Shown: positions 25,340 to 35,294, counted from the first letter of the stretch. The stretch: 64,000 nucleotides of DNA from Bacteroidota bacterium (GCA_020444275.1 JAHLLG010000002.1:481991-545990); one strand, 5' to 3'. Made by a program: numbers and translations. The notes: a model not told the origin generated them from the letters alone.

Positions 25340-26173
25340 ATGAAATTCAAAGAAATACTAGAATACTCACTTGTCAATACTGAGAATTTTAATATTACAG
25401 TATATAACCTGATGGCTACTATAGTTATATTGGTTATTACGCGTATTCTAATCGGAATTATTCATAAGATATTCAGAAGAAAAATTTTTACCAATAATAA
25501 TATTGATGTTGGTAAAAGTCACAGTATATATCAGCTCACAAAATATATTTTGTGGGTTATTGCTATAGTTCTTAGTTTAGAAACGGTAGGAATAAAAATC
25601 ACTTTTCTATTAGCCGGTTCAGCTGCTTTGTTGGTGGGTTTAGGCCTTGGGCTTCAACAGGTATTTAAAGATATTGTATCAGGACTATTTTTGCTATTCG
25701 AAGGAAATCTTAAAATAAATGATGTAGTTGAGCTGGATGATGGTGAAATAGGAAGGGTAAAGGAAATAACATTTAGAACTACAAAAATTGAAACTCGCGA
25801 TAATATTATCTTGGTTGTACCTAACTCTAAATTTATTGATAGTAATGTAATTAACTGGAGTCATATTCAAAAACGAACCCGATTTTATGTTCAGGTAGGT
25901 GTGGCTTACGGTTCGGATGTTAACCTGGTTAAAAAAGTATTATTAGATTGCGCAGATAAGCATAAAGACATCTCCAAATCGCCCAAACCATTTGTTAGAT
26001 TTAATGATTTTGGTAACTCTTCACTGGATTTTCAAATCTACTTTTGGACCGATAGATCATTTGAGGTAGAAAATACTAAAAGCGATTTACGTTTTGAGAT
26101 TGATAAACAATTTCGAGAAAATAAAATTCAAATTCCTTTCCCACAAAGAGATATTCACATTAGAACGAAGTAG
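25340..26173 (+). CDS. MscS-family mechanosensitive ion channel
   Basis: 277 aa. TM helices followed by the beta-domain pattern (KINDVVELDDGEIGRVKEITFRTTKIETRDNIILVVPNSKF). It starts 15 nt after the cdaA stop. Confidence 0.88.
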   Translation: MKFKEILEYSLVNTENFNITVYNLMATIVILVITRILIGIIHKIFRRKIFTNNNIDVGKSHSIYQLTKYILWVIAIVLSLETVGIKITFLLAGSAALLVGLGLGLQQVFKDIVSGLFLLFEGNLKINDVVELDDGEIGRVKEITFRTTKIETRDNIILVVPNSKFIDSNVINWSHIQKRTRFYVQVGVAYGSDVNLVKKVLLDCADKHKDISKSPKPFVRFNDFGNSSLDFQIYFWTDRSFEVENTKSDLRFEIDKQFRENKIQIPFPQRDIHIRTK

Positions 26174-26271
26174 TTCTATCTGATTATTTCGTAACACAAG
26201 ATTCGTTCAAATTTAGTTGGTTAAAGGTTTTTATGTATCTTTAGTTATCTTTTTAACCTTACAATAATAAG

Positions 26272-26694
26272 ATGAGCGATATTAGTATTTTTCCTGACAA
26301 GGCAGTTATGCCAACCGAAAATGATTTAGTTGAAAGACTTGAAGATAGCTATTATATTTGGAAACAAATTCACGATTTCGTTTTAAGTAAATATCCTAAT
26401 GGGGTGATGGAATGGAATTACCCGGGCAAAAAATATGGATGGAGTTATCGAATAAAAGATAAAAAGCGTGCAATAATCTATTTTCTTCCACGAGATAAGT
26501 ATTTTAAGGTGGCTTTTGTATTCGGTCAAAAAGCCTATGACACTATTATGAAAAGTAAGATTGATGAACAAATTAAAAATGACTTACAGAATGCTAAAAA
26601 ATATGCTGAAGGAAGAGGTGTAAGCATAGAAGTAAGAGATGAATCAGTTTTTTCTGACATCAAACAACTTACTGAAATTAAACTGAATTTTTAA
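26272..26694 (+). CDS. DUF3788-like protein
   Basis: 140 aa. The pattern P.E.DL...L......W......V...YP.....EW.Y.GKKYGWSYR.KDKKRAI.Y..P....F.VAFVFG.KA matches my memory of DUF3788. Confidence 0.6.
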   Translation: MSDISIFPDKAVMPTENDLVERLEDSYYIWKQIHDFVLSKYPNGVMEWNYPGKKYGWSYRIKDKKRAIIYFLPRDKYFKVAFVFGQKAYDTIMKSKIDEQIKNDLQNAKKYAEGRGVSIEVRDESVFSDIKQLTEIKLNF

Positions 26695-26701
26695 GAATCA
26701 A

Positions 26702-27358
26702 CTAATCCTCTTTATCAGGTTTATTCTTTTTCTTAATTTTTAGATTGGCCTTATTTTCTTCTTTACGAAGTAATCTTTCAATATTCTTCTGATGTGTAAA
26801 TAACATTAGAATAGCAATTATCAGCGAGAAAATTACCAGTGATGGGGTTGTTTCTTTAAAAACTACAACAATTAATACAGGAAAAGACAGCCCTGCCATC
26901 ATAGATCCTAAAGAAACATATCTCGTAAGAATAAGCGTTACGAAGAAAATTCCAGCCATGATTAAAGTAGGATAGAAGCTTATTGCACAGATCACACCAA
27001 ATAATGTTGCAACACCTTTCCCTCCTTTAAATCCAACATAAACGGGAAAAATATGACCCAGCATAGCAGCAACTCCAAGCAGCAATTGAATGTTGATATA
27101 GTTACTGCCATCAGGAATATAATAATTGGTAAAGTGAATTAAATTAACGGCTGCAAATCCTTTTAGAATATCAACAGCAAAAACCACGAGCCCGGCTTTT
27201 ACTCCTAAAACTCTGAATGTATTCGTTGCGCCGGCATTTCCGCTACCATGATCTCTAATGTCAATATTGTAAAACGAACGACTAATCCATACAGAAGTTG
27301 GAATAGATCCCAAAAGATAAGCAACGATTATTATAATGATATTAACAATAATATGCAT
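26702..27358 (-). CDS. plsY: glycerol-3-phosphate acyltransferase PlsY
   Basis: YLLGSIPTSVW, GSGNAGATN and the FKGGKGVAT motifs. The likely start is the ATG at 27358 (MHIIVNII…) rather than the ORF-track start at 27409. Lys-rich C-terminal tail. Confidence 0.9.
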   Translation of the reverse strand: MHIIVNIIIIIVAYLLGSIPTSVWISRSFYNIDIRDHGSGNAGATNTFRVLGVKAGLVVFAVDILKGFAAVNLIHFTNYYIPDGSNYINIQLLLGVAAMLGHIFPVYVGFKGGKGVATLFGVICAISFYPTLIMAGIFFVTLILTRYVSLGSMMAGLSFPVLIVVVFKETTPSLVIFSLIIAILMLFTHQKNIERLLRKEENKANLKIKKKNKPDKED

Positions 27359-27440
27359 ATGTATATTTTTAAGAACAAGCAAAATAACAAATAATTTATT
27401 AGCTATCAAAGAATTCCATTGTTGAGATAGTGATTCTAAG

Positions 27441-27478
27441 AAAATAAAACCGCCTTTTGTTTTTAAAATAAAGGCGGT
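27441..27478 (-). terminator. rho-independent terminator of pckA
   Basis: On the minus strand: AACCGCCTTT-loop-AAAGGCGGTT followed by TTTATTTT. Confidence 0.75.
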
Positions 27479-27505
27479 TAGATCGTTTATTTAAATTAAA
27501 TCTAA

Positions 27506-29170
27506 TTATTTTCCAGGACACATATTTTTAACTTCGTCCTTGATGTTTTTGTCACCATATGCTTCGTCAAATGCAGCACTAAACTTATTGGCTAAACGAG
27601 TTGCTGTCAACTGATATTCCTCTTTTTCAATCCACATATTTTCTGGAGTTAAAATTTTATTCGGAACACCCGGACAGGTTTTTGGAACATTTAGATGAAA
27701 TAATTCATTGTAAGTATATTCTACATTTTCCAATTCTCCGTTTAACGCAGCATTTACCATTGCCCTGGTTAGTTTAAGGTCAATGCGTTTACCAACGCCA
27801 TATACACCGCCAAACCAACCGGTATTAACCAGGTAAACTTTTGTGTTAAACTGCTGCATTTTATCACCTAACATCGTTGAATAGAATTCAGGATTAAGCG
27901 GCATAAATGGCTGACCAAAGAATCTTGAAAACGTTGCTTGTGGTTCAGTTACACCGGTTTCTGTTCCTGCCAATTTACTTGTATATCCCATTAAAAACCA
28001 CAATCTTGCCTGATTTGGGTCAAGTTTAGATATTGGAGGTAATACTCCATAAGCATCTGCTGTCAAAAATAATATAGTTGTGGGGTGACCCGAAATTGAA
28101 GATTCTTTGATATTTTTTAAGAACTTTAGCGGGTAAGATGCTCTCGAATTTTCTGTTATTCGGCTGTCATTAAAATCGAATTCACCTGACGGATAAACCA
28201 TTGCATTCTCTATTATGGCACCATGATTTAGAGGATCAGCTTTGTGCATCACAGCATCGTAAATTTCAGGTTCCTTATCAGGATTAATATTGATCATTTT
28301 TGCATAACAACCATTTTCAAAGTTTGCAATACCATCGGCACTCCAACCATGTTCATCATCACCTAAAAGGGATCGCTCCGGATCTGCAGATAAGGTAGTT
28401 TTTCCTGTTCCCGACAAACCCAACAGTAGTGCTGAGTTTCCATCTTTATCTTCATTAGCCGAACAATGTAATGGCAATACTCCGCCAAATGGCAAGTAGT
28501 AGTTCATTACGGTAAACATCAATTTTTTAACAGAACCTAAATATGCAGATCCGACAATTACTCCTAATCTTCGGTCAAAATCCATGATTACAGCGATGTC
28601 TGATGTATCTCCGTTAGGTAATATACGTAATAGACTTTTATATTTTATGCTATTTAATTTATCAAAAGGAACCGTTAATAACTGAAAACCTCTTTCAAAA
28701 AATACACTTTTCTTAATATCCTTAGGTACTTCTCTGAACATATTATCAGTAAATAATGCAGTAAGTGCCTGGCTGGTAATCGTTCTAACAGGCAGTGCAT
28801 ATTTAGAATCGGCACCAATTATTCGATCGGTAATATAAATATTCTTTTTTCTCACCAAGAAATCCAGCGCATCCGAGAACACCATATCAAATACATCTTC
28901 TTTTATAGGGATGTTATTTGGTGATGACCAGTCGATATTTTTTTCGCTTGTAGATCGCTTTACAATATACGTGTCTTTTGGTCTTCGGCCTGTTGATTCC
29001 GGGGCTGTCCATGTTGCCAGCGCTCCATTTTTAGAAGCCATCGCTTCCCGGTTATCCAAAACGTGTTGAATTAACTCTTTCCTTTTAAGATTTACCAGTA
29101 CATTATCGTGCCCTTCGATAATGTCAATAATTGACTGATTAAAAGAGGATTCGAGTATTGTCGTGTCCAT
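27506..29170 (-). CDS. pckA: phosphoenolpyruvate carboxykinase (ATP)
   Basis: 554 aa. LLGLSGTGKTTLS kinase-1a motif, GDDEHGW, FENGCYAK. Confidence 0.95.
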   Translation of the reverse strand: MDTTILESSFNQSIIDIIEGHDNVLVNLKRKELIQHVLDNREAMASKNGALATWTAPESTGRRPKDTYIVKRSTSEKNIDWSSPNNIPIKEDVFDMVFSDALDFLVRKKNIYITDRIIGADSKYALPVRTITSQALTALFTDNMFREVPKDIKKSVFFERGFQLLTVPFDKLNSIKYKSLLRILPNGDTSDIAVIMDFDRRLGVIVGSAYLGSVKKLMFTVMNYYLPFGGVLPLHCSANEDKDGNSALLLGLSGTGKTTLSADPERSLLGDDEHGWSADGIANFENGCYAKMININPDKEPEIYDAVMHKADPLNHGAIIENAMVYPSGEFDFNDSRITENSRASYPLKFLKNIKESSISGHPTTILFLTADAYGVLPPISKLDPNQARLWFLMGYTSKLAGTETGVTEPQATFSRFFGQPFMPLNPEFYSTMLGDKMQQFNTKVYLVNTGWFGGVYGVGKRIDLKLTRAMVNAALNGELENVEYTYNELFHLNVPKTCPGVPNKILTPENMWIEKEEYQLTATRLANKFSAAFDEAYGDKNIKDEVKNMCPGK

Positions 29171-29202
29171 AGTAGTTTTATTAGATGTTTTTTAATAAAC
29201 GG

Positions 29203-29210
29203 CAAATTTA
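29203..29210 (-). promoter_or_regulatory. candidate -7 promoter box for pckA
   Basis: The minus strand reads TAAATTTG, 33 nt upstream of the pckA ATG. Confidence 0.45.
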
Positions 29211-29290
29211 ACAAATTATTAATATTAAAACTATACACATAATTTAATATTTACCCTTAAAGTTTAAATAGTAATTTAGTTACAATATAT

Positions 29291-29326
29291 AAACAAAAAA
29301 AGCTGCCTCAAGAATGAAGCAGCTTT
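29291..29326 (-). terminator. rho-independent terminator of ppdK
   Basis: On the minus strand: AAAGCTGC-ttcattcttgag-GCAGCTTT followed by TTTTTGTTT. Confidence 0.75.
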
Positions 29327-29351
29327 GCACTATTTTAGTATGCTATTATAT

Positions 29352-32069
29352 TTATCGTAAGTTTGCTTGTGCAGCAGCCAAACGTGCAATCGGCACTCTG
29401 AATGGAGAACATGAAACATAGTCCATTCCGGTTCTATGGCAGAACTCAACTGACGAAGGATCTCCACCGTGCTCACCACAGATTCCAACTTTTAATTCTG
29501 GACGAGCAGATCTACCTTTTTGGGTTCCCATTTCAACTAACTGACCAACACCTGTTTGATCTAATTGCTGGAACGGATCATTCTTTAATAAACCTTTCTT
29601 TAAGTAGATAGGTAAGAATTTACCTGCATCGTCACGAGAGTAACCAAAAGTCATCTGTGTTAGGTCGTTTGTACCAAATGAGAAGAATTCAGCATGCTCA
29701 GCAACTTCGTTTGCTGTTAATGCAGCACGAGGAATCTCAATCATTGTACCTACAAGATAATCTACTTTTGTTCCCTTTTCTTCGAATACTTGTTCAGCTA
29801 CAGAACGAATGATTTCTTCCTGCATTTTAAACTCTTTTACAGTACCAATTAATGGAACCATAATTTCTGGTTTAGGATCTAATCCTTTTGCTTTTAAGTT
29901 ACAAGCAGCTTCGATAATAGCTCTGGCTTGCATCTCTGTAATTTCAGGATATGTATTTCCTAAACGACAACCACGATGTCCTAACATAGGGTTGAATTCG
30001 TGTAACGATTCAACTTTATCTTTTACAACATTCACATCAACACCAAGTTTTTGGGCCATTTCTTTTTGTGATTCATCATCATTTGGAGTAAACTCATGTA
30101 ATGGTGGATCAAGTAAACGAATGGTAACACCGTATCCGTCCATTGCTTCAAGTATTCCTTCGAAATCGCCACGTTGCATTGGTAATAGTTTATCTAGTGC
30201 TTTTCTACGTCCTGCTTCATCTTCTGCAAGAATCATTTCACGAATTGCCCAAATACGATCTCCTTCAAAGAACATATGCTCTGTACGACACAGACCGATA
30301 CCTTTTGCTCCAAAATCACGCGCTGTTTTTGCATCAGCAGGAGTATCAGCATTAGTTCTAACATACATCTTAGTGTGCTTTTCGGCAAGTTCCATAATCT
30401 TACCAAAGTTACCATGTAATGATGGCGTAATCGTAGCAACTTTTCCTTCATAAACTTCACCTGTTGATCCGTTCAATGAAATGAAATCACCTTTTTTAAA
30501 TTCAACGCCATTAATCTTTAATGCTGTATGCGAAACAGAAATACCAGCAGCAGAAGAAACACAACATTTACCCATACCACGAGCAACAACAGCTGCGTGC
30601 GATGTCATACCACCTCGTTCAGTTAAAATACCTTCAGCAGCATACATTCCTTTTAAATCTTCAGGAGAAGTCTCGCGACGAACCAAAATTACTTTTTCAC
30701 CGTTAGCAGCTTCAATTTCAGCATCCTCAGCTGTGAAAACAATTCTACCCGTAGCAGCACCTGGCGATGCAGGTAAGCCTTTGGAAAGAACATTTGCTGA
30801 TTTTATAGCTTCTTTATCAAATACAGGGTGTAATAACTCATCTAGTTTGCTTGGTTGCTGACGTAATACAGCTGTTTTTTCATCAATTAAACCTTCTTCC
30901 AACATATCTACAGCCATTTTAACCATCGCTGCACCAGTACGTTTACCATTACGTGTTTGCAACATCCAAAGTTTGCCATCCTGGATAGTAAACTCCATAT
31001 CTTGCATATCGTGGTAATGTAGTTCTAATTTCTTCTGAACGTCGAACAGTTCTTTGTATATTTCAGGCATTGCTTCTTCTAAAGAAGGGAATTTAGCTTT
31101 ACGAACATCTTCTGGTGTTCCGTTACGCTCAGCCCAACGTTTTGATCCTTCCAATGTTATTTCTTGTGGAGTACGAACACCTGCAACAACATCTTCACCT
31201 TGTGCATCAATTAAGTACTCACCATTAAAAATATTTTCTCCGGTAGCGGCATCACGAGAGAAAGCAACTCCAGTAGCTGAAGTGTTACCCATATTACCAT
31301 ACACCATTGCCTGAACATTTACTGCAGTTCCCCATTCGTCAGGAATTTGTTCCATTCTTCTGTAAAGAATTGCTCTTTCAGTGTTCCATGAGTCAAATAC
31401 AGCTGTAATTGCTCCCCATAACTGATCCCATGGATTTGTTGGGAATTCCATACCAGCTTTATCTTTAACTACTTTTTTATACTCTTCAACCACAAATTTT
31501 AAGTCTTCTACATTCATTTCAGCGTCAGAAGCATATCCTTTTTCTTCTTTTATTTTATCCAATACGATTTCGAAAGGATCATGCTGACCTGATTCTGCTT
31601 CAACTCCCATGACAACATTTCCGTACATGTGAATGAATCGTCGATATGAATCGTAAGCAAATTTCTCGTTTCCTGATTTTTCTGCAACGATTTTAACAGC
31701 ATGGTCGTTCATACCAAGGTTTAAAACAGTATCCATCATACCCGGCATAGATACTCTTGCTCCGGAACGAACTGATAATAGTAGTGGAAATGCTTCACCA
31801 GTTGATCCGAACTTAGCGTTCATCGCTTTTTCTGTAGCAGCAATACCAGCTTCAACTTCAGCTTTCATTAACTCAACAACAGCATCTCTGCCTTTTTGGT
31901 TATATTCTGTACAAACATCAGTAGTAATTGTGAATCCAGCAGGAACAGGTACTCCAATAAGATTCATTTCGGCAAGGTTAGCACCTTTTCCACCTAGAAG
32001 GTTTTTCATAGAGGCATTACCTTCTGCTTTTCTATCTCCAAAAGTATAAACTCTTTTTACGTTTGACAT
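29352..32069 (-). CDS. ppdK: pyruvate, phosphate dikinase
   Basis: 905 aa. KGANLAEM, the phospho-His loop GGMTSHAAVVARG, and the C-terminal PEP-utilising motifs (GLCRTEHMF, FSFGTNDLTQ). Confidence 0.97.
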   Translation of the reverse strand: MSNVKRVYTFGDRKAEGNASMKNLLGGKGANLAEMNLIGVPVPAGFTITTDVCTEYNQKGRDAVVELMKAEVEAGIAATEKAMNAKFGSTGEAFPLLLSVRSGARVSMPGMMDTVLNLGMNDHAVKIVAEKSGNEKFAYDSYRRFIHMYGNVVMGVEAESGQHDPFEIVLDKIKEEKGYASDAEMNVEDLKFVVEEYKKVVKDKAGMEFPTNPWDQLWGAITAVFDSWNTERAILYRRMEQIPDEWGTAVNVQAMVYGNMGNTSATGVAFSRDAATGENIFNGEYLIDAQGEDVVAGVRTPQEITLEGSKRWAERNGTPEDVRKAKFPSLEEAMPEIYKELFDVQKKLELHYHDMQDMEFTIQDGKLWMLQTRNGKRTGAAMVKMAVDMLEEGLIDEKTAVLRQQPSKLDELLHPVFDKEAIKSANVLSKGLPASPGAATGRIVFTAEDAEIEAANGEKVILVRRETSPEDLKGMYAAEGILTERGGMTSHAAVVARGMGKCCVSSAAGISVSHTALKINGVEFKKGDFISLNGSTGEVYEGKVATITPSLHGNFGKIMELAEKHTKMYVRTNADTPADAKTARDFGAKGIGLCRTEHMFFEGDRIWAIREMILAEDEAGRRKALDKLLPMQRGDFEGILEAMDGYGVTIRLLDPPLHEFTPNDDESQKEMAQKLGVDVNVVKDKVESLHEFNPMLGHRGCRLGNTYPEITEMQARAIIEAACNLKAKGLDPKPEIMVPLIGTVKEFKMQEEIIRSVAEQVFEEKGTKVDYLVGTMIEIPRAALTANEVAEHAEFFSFGTNDLTQMTFGYSRDDAGKFLPIYLKKGLLKNDPFQQLDQTGVGQLVEMGTQKGRSARPELKVGICGEHGGDPSSVEFCHRTGMDYVSCSPFRVPIARLAAAQANLR

Positions 32070-32135
32070 CTTTATATTTTTTAAATTTATAATTAATTGA
32101 TAATGATTATTTTAACAAAAATTCTTAGCAGGATA

Positions 32136-32143
32136 CAAATATA
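32136..32143 (-). promoter_or_regulatory. candidate -7 promoter box for ppdK
   Basis: The minus strand reads TATATTTG, 67 nt upstream of the ppdK ATG. Confidence 0.35.
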
Positions 32144-32233
32144 TTCAAAAAATAGCAAATCCGTGACTTTTATGGAATTAATTTATCGTAAAATTAGAGC
32201 ATTAAAGTTGGTAATATTTGAAATTACTTTTTG

Positions 32234-32243
32234 CAAACGTTTG
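32234..32243. promoter_or_regulatory. second copy of the CAAACGTTTG palindrome (operator candidate) in the ppdK/putP divergent region
   Basis: TTGCAAACGTTTGTGA contains a perfect 10-bp palindrome and shares GCAAACGTTT with the site at 4891. Confidence 0.35.
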
Positions 32244-32422
32244 TGAAAAACTTAGATTTAAATTGTAGTTTTAAGATCACTGACCATTCTTACTTTTCTT
32301 TCGTTAAGTACATTTTTTATAATTTTAAATATGAAACAACTATTTTGAAACCATATGAATCTTTTTGAACTTTACTTTTTTTGATTAATTTTCTGAGTTA
32401 AAACTCGAAACCTATACACAAT

Positions 32423-33877
32423 ATGAACACTGCAACGCTTATATCTTTTAGTATATATATACTCGGAATGCTCGCTATTGGATTTTACTTTTATTATCGC
32501 ACCAAAAATATATCAGATTACGTTTTAGGAGGGCGTGGATTGAATCCGGTTGTAGCTGCATTATCGGCAGGTGCTTCGGATATGAGCGGATGGCTTTTAT
32601 TAGGATTGCCCGGTTTAATGTACACAACTGGAATTAGTGGCAGCTGGATAGCCATAGGGTTAACCATTGGTGCATTTTTAAACTGGCACTATATTGCTCG
32701 TCCGTTGAGGATATTTACTGAAAAGTTAGATGATTCTATAACAATCCCTGGATTTCTAGCCAATCGGTTTAAAGACGGTAAGTTAAGAATTGTTTCAGCT
32801 GTTGTAATTTTGGTTTTTTATACACTATATGCTTCATCAGGTTTAGTGGGCGGTGCTAAATTGTTCGAGGCAACGTTTAATTTAGATTATCAAGCAGCAT
32901 TGATTGTAGGTGCTGTTGTTATTGTTTCATATACATTCTTGGGTGGATATAATGCTGTTTCATGGACTGATTTTTTTCAGGGTACCTTAATGATGTTGGC
33001 ATTACTGGTTGTTCCAATTGTTGTAATTCATGATATAGGAAGTCTTAGTAAAACAGTGCATACCATACGAATGATTGATGTTGATTATTTGAATATCTGG
33101 ACCGGTACAACTATTATTGGTGCAATTTCTTTAATGGCCTGGGGGCTAGGATATTTTGGTCAGCCGCATATACTGGTTCGTTTTATGTCGATTAATAAAC
33201 CTGAAAATGTTCGATCAGCAAAGCGGGTAGGAATGAGCTGGATGATTATTTCTATTATAGGATCATTAATGGTAGGTTTCTTCGGTATTGCATATGTTGC
33301 AGCGCATAATGTTAATTTGGAAGATAGTGAAAAGATCTTTATTACACTTTCTGATTTATTGCTTAATCCATGGATAGCCGGTTTTGTTCTGGCAGCAATT
33401 TTAGCTGCAATAATGAGTACAATAGACTCACAACTGTTAGTTTCATCTTCATGTTTGACCCGCGATATTTACGAAAAAGCGATTAAACAAAATGCCACGG
33501 ATAAAGAATTAGTTTGGATCGGTCGGGTAACCGTTTTTGTTATTGCTTTAATTGCTTACTTTATTTCAAGAGATCAAAATTCAACTGTATTATCGTTAGT
33601 AGCTTATGCCTGGGCTGGATTTGGTGCCGCATTTGGTCCCTTAATTATTCTTTCGCTTTATAATAAGAATATCTCATCGACAGGTGCCATTGTAGGAATG
33701 GTTACTGGGGCTTCGACTGTTCTTATTTGGAAGCAGCTTGAAGGCGGGCTATTTGATCTTTATGAGTTATTACCGGGTTTTGTATTTGCTTTTATAGCTA
33801 TTGTAGTTTTTAGTAAGATTTTTCCAGTAAAAAAGAATATTAAAGAAATGTATGAAAACATTAGGAGCACTAATTAA
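32423..33877 (+). CDS. putP: sodium/proline symporter (SSS family)
   Basis: 484 aa. DYVLGGRGLNPVVAALSAGASDMSGWLLLGLPG and downstream SSS-family TM pattern. Confidence 0.9.
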   Translation: MNTATLISFSIYILGMLAIGFYFYYRTKNISDYVLGGRGLNPVVAALSAGASDMSGWLLLGLPGLMYTTGISGSWIAIGLTIGAFLNWHYIARPLRIFTEKLDDSITIPGFLANRFKDGKLRIVSAVVILVFYTLYASSGLVGGAKLFEATFNLDYQAALIVGAVVIVSYTFLGGYNAVSWTDFFQGTLMMLALLVVPIVVIHDIGSLSKTVHTIRMIDVDYLNIWTGTTIIGAISLMAWGLGYFGQPHILVRFMSINKPENVRSAKRVGMSWMIISIIGSLMVGFFGIAYVAAHNVNLEDSEKIFITLSDLLLNPWIAGFVLAAILAAIMSTIDSQLLVSSSCLTRDIYEKAIKQNATDKELVWIGRVTVFVIALIAYFISRDQNSTVLSLVAYAWAGFGAAFGPLIILSLYNKNISSTGAIVGMVTGASTVLIWKQLEGGLFDLYELLPGFVFAFIAIVVFSKIFPVKKNIKEMYENIRSTN

Positions 33878-34773
33878 GACCTGGGATGATACTGAATAAT
33901 AGCATCGCGCAGATATTCACGGTCTAGATGCGTATATATTTCGGTGGTAATAATTGATTCGTGCCCCAGCATTTCTTGCACTGCTCTAAGGTCAGCACCG
34001 CCATCAATTAAATGCGTTGCAAAGGAGTGTCGAAAAGTATGCGGACTCACATTTTTATTGATTTTGGCTTTTTCCACCAAGCGTTTTATGATCGTAAAAA
34101 TCATTACGCGTGTAAGTTGTTTCCCTCGTCGGTTTAAGAATACAATATTTTCACTGTTTTTATCAATATTGGTCATTAGGTTTCGATCCTGGAAATAATA
34201 CCGGATTTCTTTCATGGCTTTTTGTCCGATAGGAACTAGTCGCTCTTTATCTCCTTTTCCAACCACACGAATAAAACCATCATCAAAATAAAGATTGGAT
34301 ATTTTTAAGTTAATCAATTCAGACACACGAAGTCCGCAACTATAAAGTGTTTCTATAATGGCTTTATTGCGTTGTCCTTCTGGTTGACTCAGATCGATTG
34401 CTGCCATAATTTGATCAATTTCATCAATGGAAAGTACTTCGGGTAATTTCCTGCCTAATCGTGGCGATTCCAGTAAGCTACTTGGATCGTTATCAATAGT
34501 ATCTTCCAGAATCAGGTATTTAAAGAAAGCTTTTAGACCAGAAATAATGCGTGCTTGTGAACGAGCGCTTAAGCCAAGTTCATTTATCCAGTATATAAAA
34601 TCTTTTAAATGTTGCAGTGTAATAGTAATAGGAGACACATTTATCTTGTTCATTTCGAGATAAGTAACCAGTTTTCGCATATCAGTTTCATATGCTTCAA
34701 TGGAGTTATCAGAGAGTGATCGTTCCAGTTTAAGGTAGCTTCTGAATTGTATGATACTTGTTTCCCAGTCCAT
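33874..34773 (-). CDS. xerD: site-specific tyrosine recombinase XerD
   Basis: SLSDNSIEAY core-binding domain, catalytic R (GLRVSEL), the HTFRHSFATHL..GGADLR.VQEMLGH box and the terminal Y (EIYTHL). The ORF-track start is a TTG; the ATG at 34773 gives about 299 aa. Confidence 0.85.
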   Translation of the reverse strand: MDWETSIIQFRSYLKLERSLSDNSIEAYETDMRKLVTYLEMNKINVSPITITLQHLKDFIYWINELGLSARSQARIISGLKAFFKYLILEDTIDNDPSSLLESPRLGRKLPEVLSIDEIDQIMAAIDLSQPEGQRNKAIIETLYSCGLRVSELINLKISNLYFDDGFIRVVGKGDKERLVPIGQKAMKEIRYYFQDRNLMTNIDKNSENIVFLNRRGKQLTRVMIFTIIKRLVEKAKINKNVSPHTFRHSFATHLIDGGADLRAVQEMLGHESIITTEIYTHLDREYLRDAIIQYHPRS

Positions 34774-34825
34774 TAATTTTAGATTAATAAATCGAATACC
34801 ATATTTCAAAGTTAATGTTTATGTG

Positions 34826-34833
34826 TAAATTTG
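34826..34833 (+). promoter_or_regulatory. candidate -7 promoter box for aroQ-pyk
   Basis: TAAATTTG 24 nt upstream of the aroQ ATG. Confidence 0.45.
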
Positions 34834-34856
34834 TATGAGCTTTTAAACAAAGAAAT

Positions 34857-35294
34857 ATGAACATTCAAATAATTAATGGTCCAAATCTCAATTTATTGGG
34901 AAAAAGAGAAAAAGAAGTTTACGGTGAAATCAGTTTTGAAGAATATCTAAAATTGTTGAAAGAACATTTTCAGGATATCACGATAGATTATTACCAATCG
35001 AATGTTGAAGGAGAGATTATCAATAAAATTCACGAAGTAGGATTTGATTACGATGGTATTGTGCTGAATGCAGGAGGTTACACGCATACTTCAGTAGCTA
35101 TTTCTGATGCTATTGCAGCCATTGAAAAACCTGTTGTTGAAGTGCATATATCCAATGTTTTTGCCCGCGAGGAATTTCGTCATGAATCATTAATTGCAGC
35201 GAATTGTATGGGGTCAATTTCAGGATTTGGATTAGATAGTTATCGCTTGGCCATAGAGAGTTTACGAGTTTTACAAAATAAGAGTAATAAGTAA
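34857..35294 (+). CDS. aroQ: type II 3-dehydroquinate dehydratase
   Basis: 145 aa. INGPNLNLLGKRE..VYG, QSN.EGE.I..IH, NAGGYTHTSVA and VEVHISN motifs. Confidence 0.95.
   Translation: MNIQIINGPNLNLLGKREKEVYGEISFEEYLKLLKEHFQDITIDYYQSNVEGEIINKIHEVGFDYDGIVLNAGGYTHTSVAISDAIAAIEKPVVEVHISNVFAREEFRHESLIAANCMGSISGFGLDSYRLAIESLRVLQNKSNK

Noticed and set aside
24880-25377. 165-aa minus-strand ORF overlapping cdaA and the start of the MscS gene
   Set aside because: It is antisense to a well-supported diadenylate cyclase gene. The product is Ser/Ile-rich with no recognisable domain and has no promoter or terminator context.
29809-30453. 214-aa + strand ORF (plus 30481-30861, 31054-31314 and others) antisense to ppdK
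   Set aside because: They lie entirely inside a gene with unmistakable PPDK motifs on the other strand. The translations are low-complexity (S/P/A/I-rich) with no motifs. Long antisense ORFs are expected opposite strongly codon-biased genes.
29352-32069. Noticeably higher G+C by eye in ppdK than in its surroundings; considered as horizontal transfer
   Set aside because: This fits the strong codon bias of a very highly expressed core gene. The flanks carry native-style TAnnTTTG promoter and terminator signals, and no mobility genes are present.
32172-32246. 24-codon + ORF (MELIYRKIRALKLVIFEITFCKRL) in the ppdK/putP intergenic region
   Set aside because: It has no translation-initiation context, and its end coincides with the palindrome, which is better explained as a protein-binding site. 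It is too short to support without conservation data.
33874-34773. Tyrosine recombinase as a marker of an integrated mobile element
   Set aside because: Its length, motifs and position next to aroQ match chromosomal XerD. No flanking direct repeats, tRNA target, phage or conjugation genes, or compositional shift were seen.
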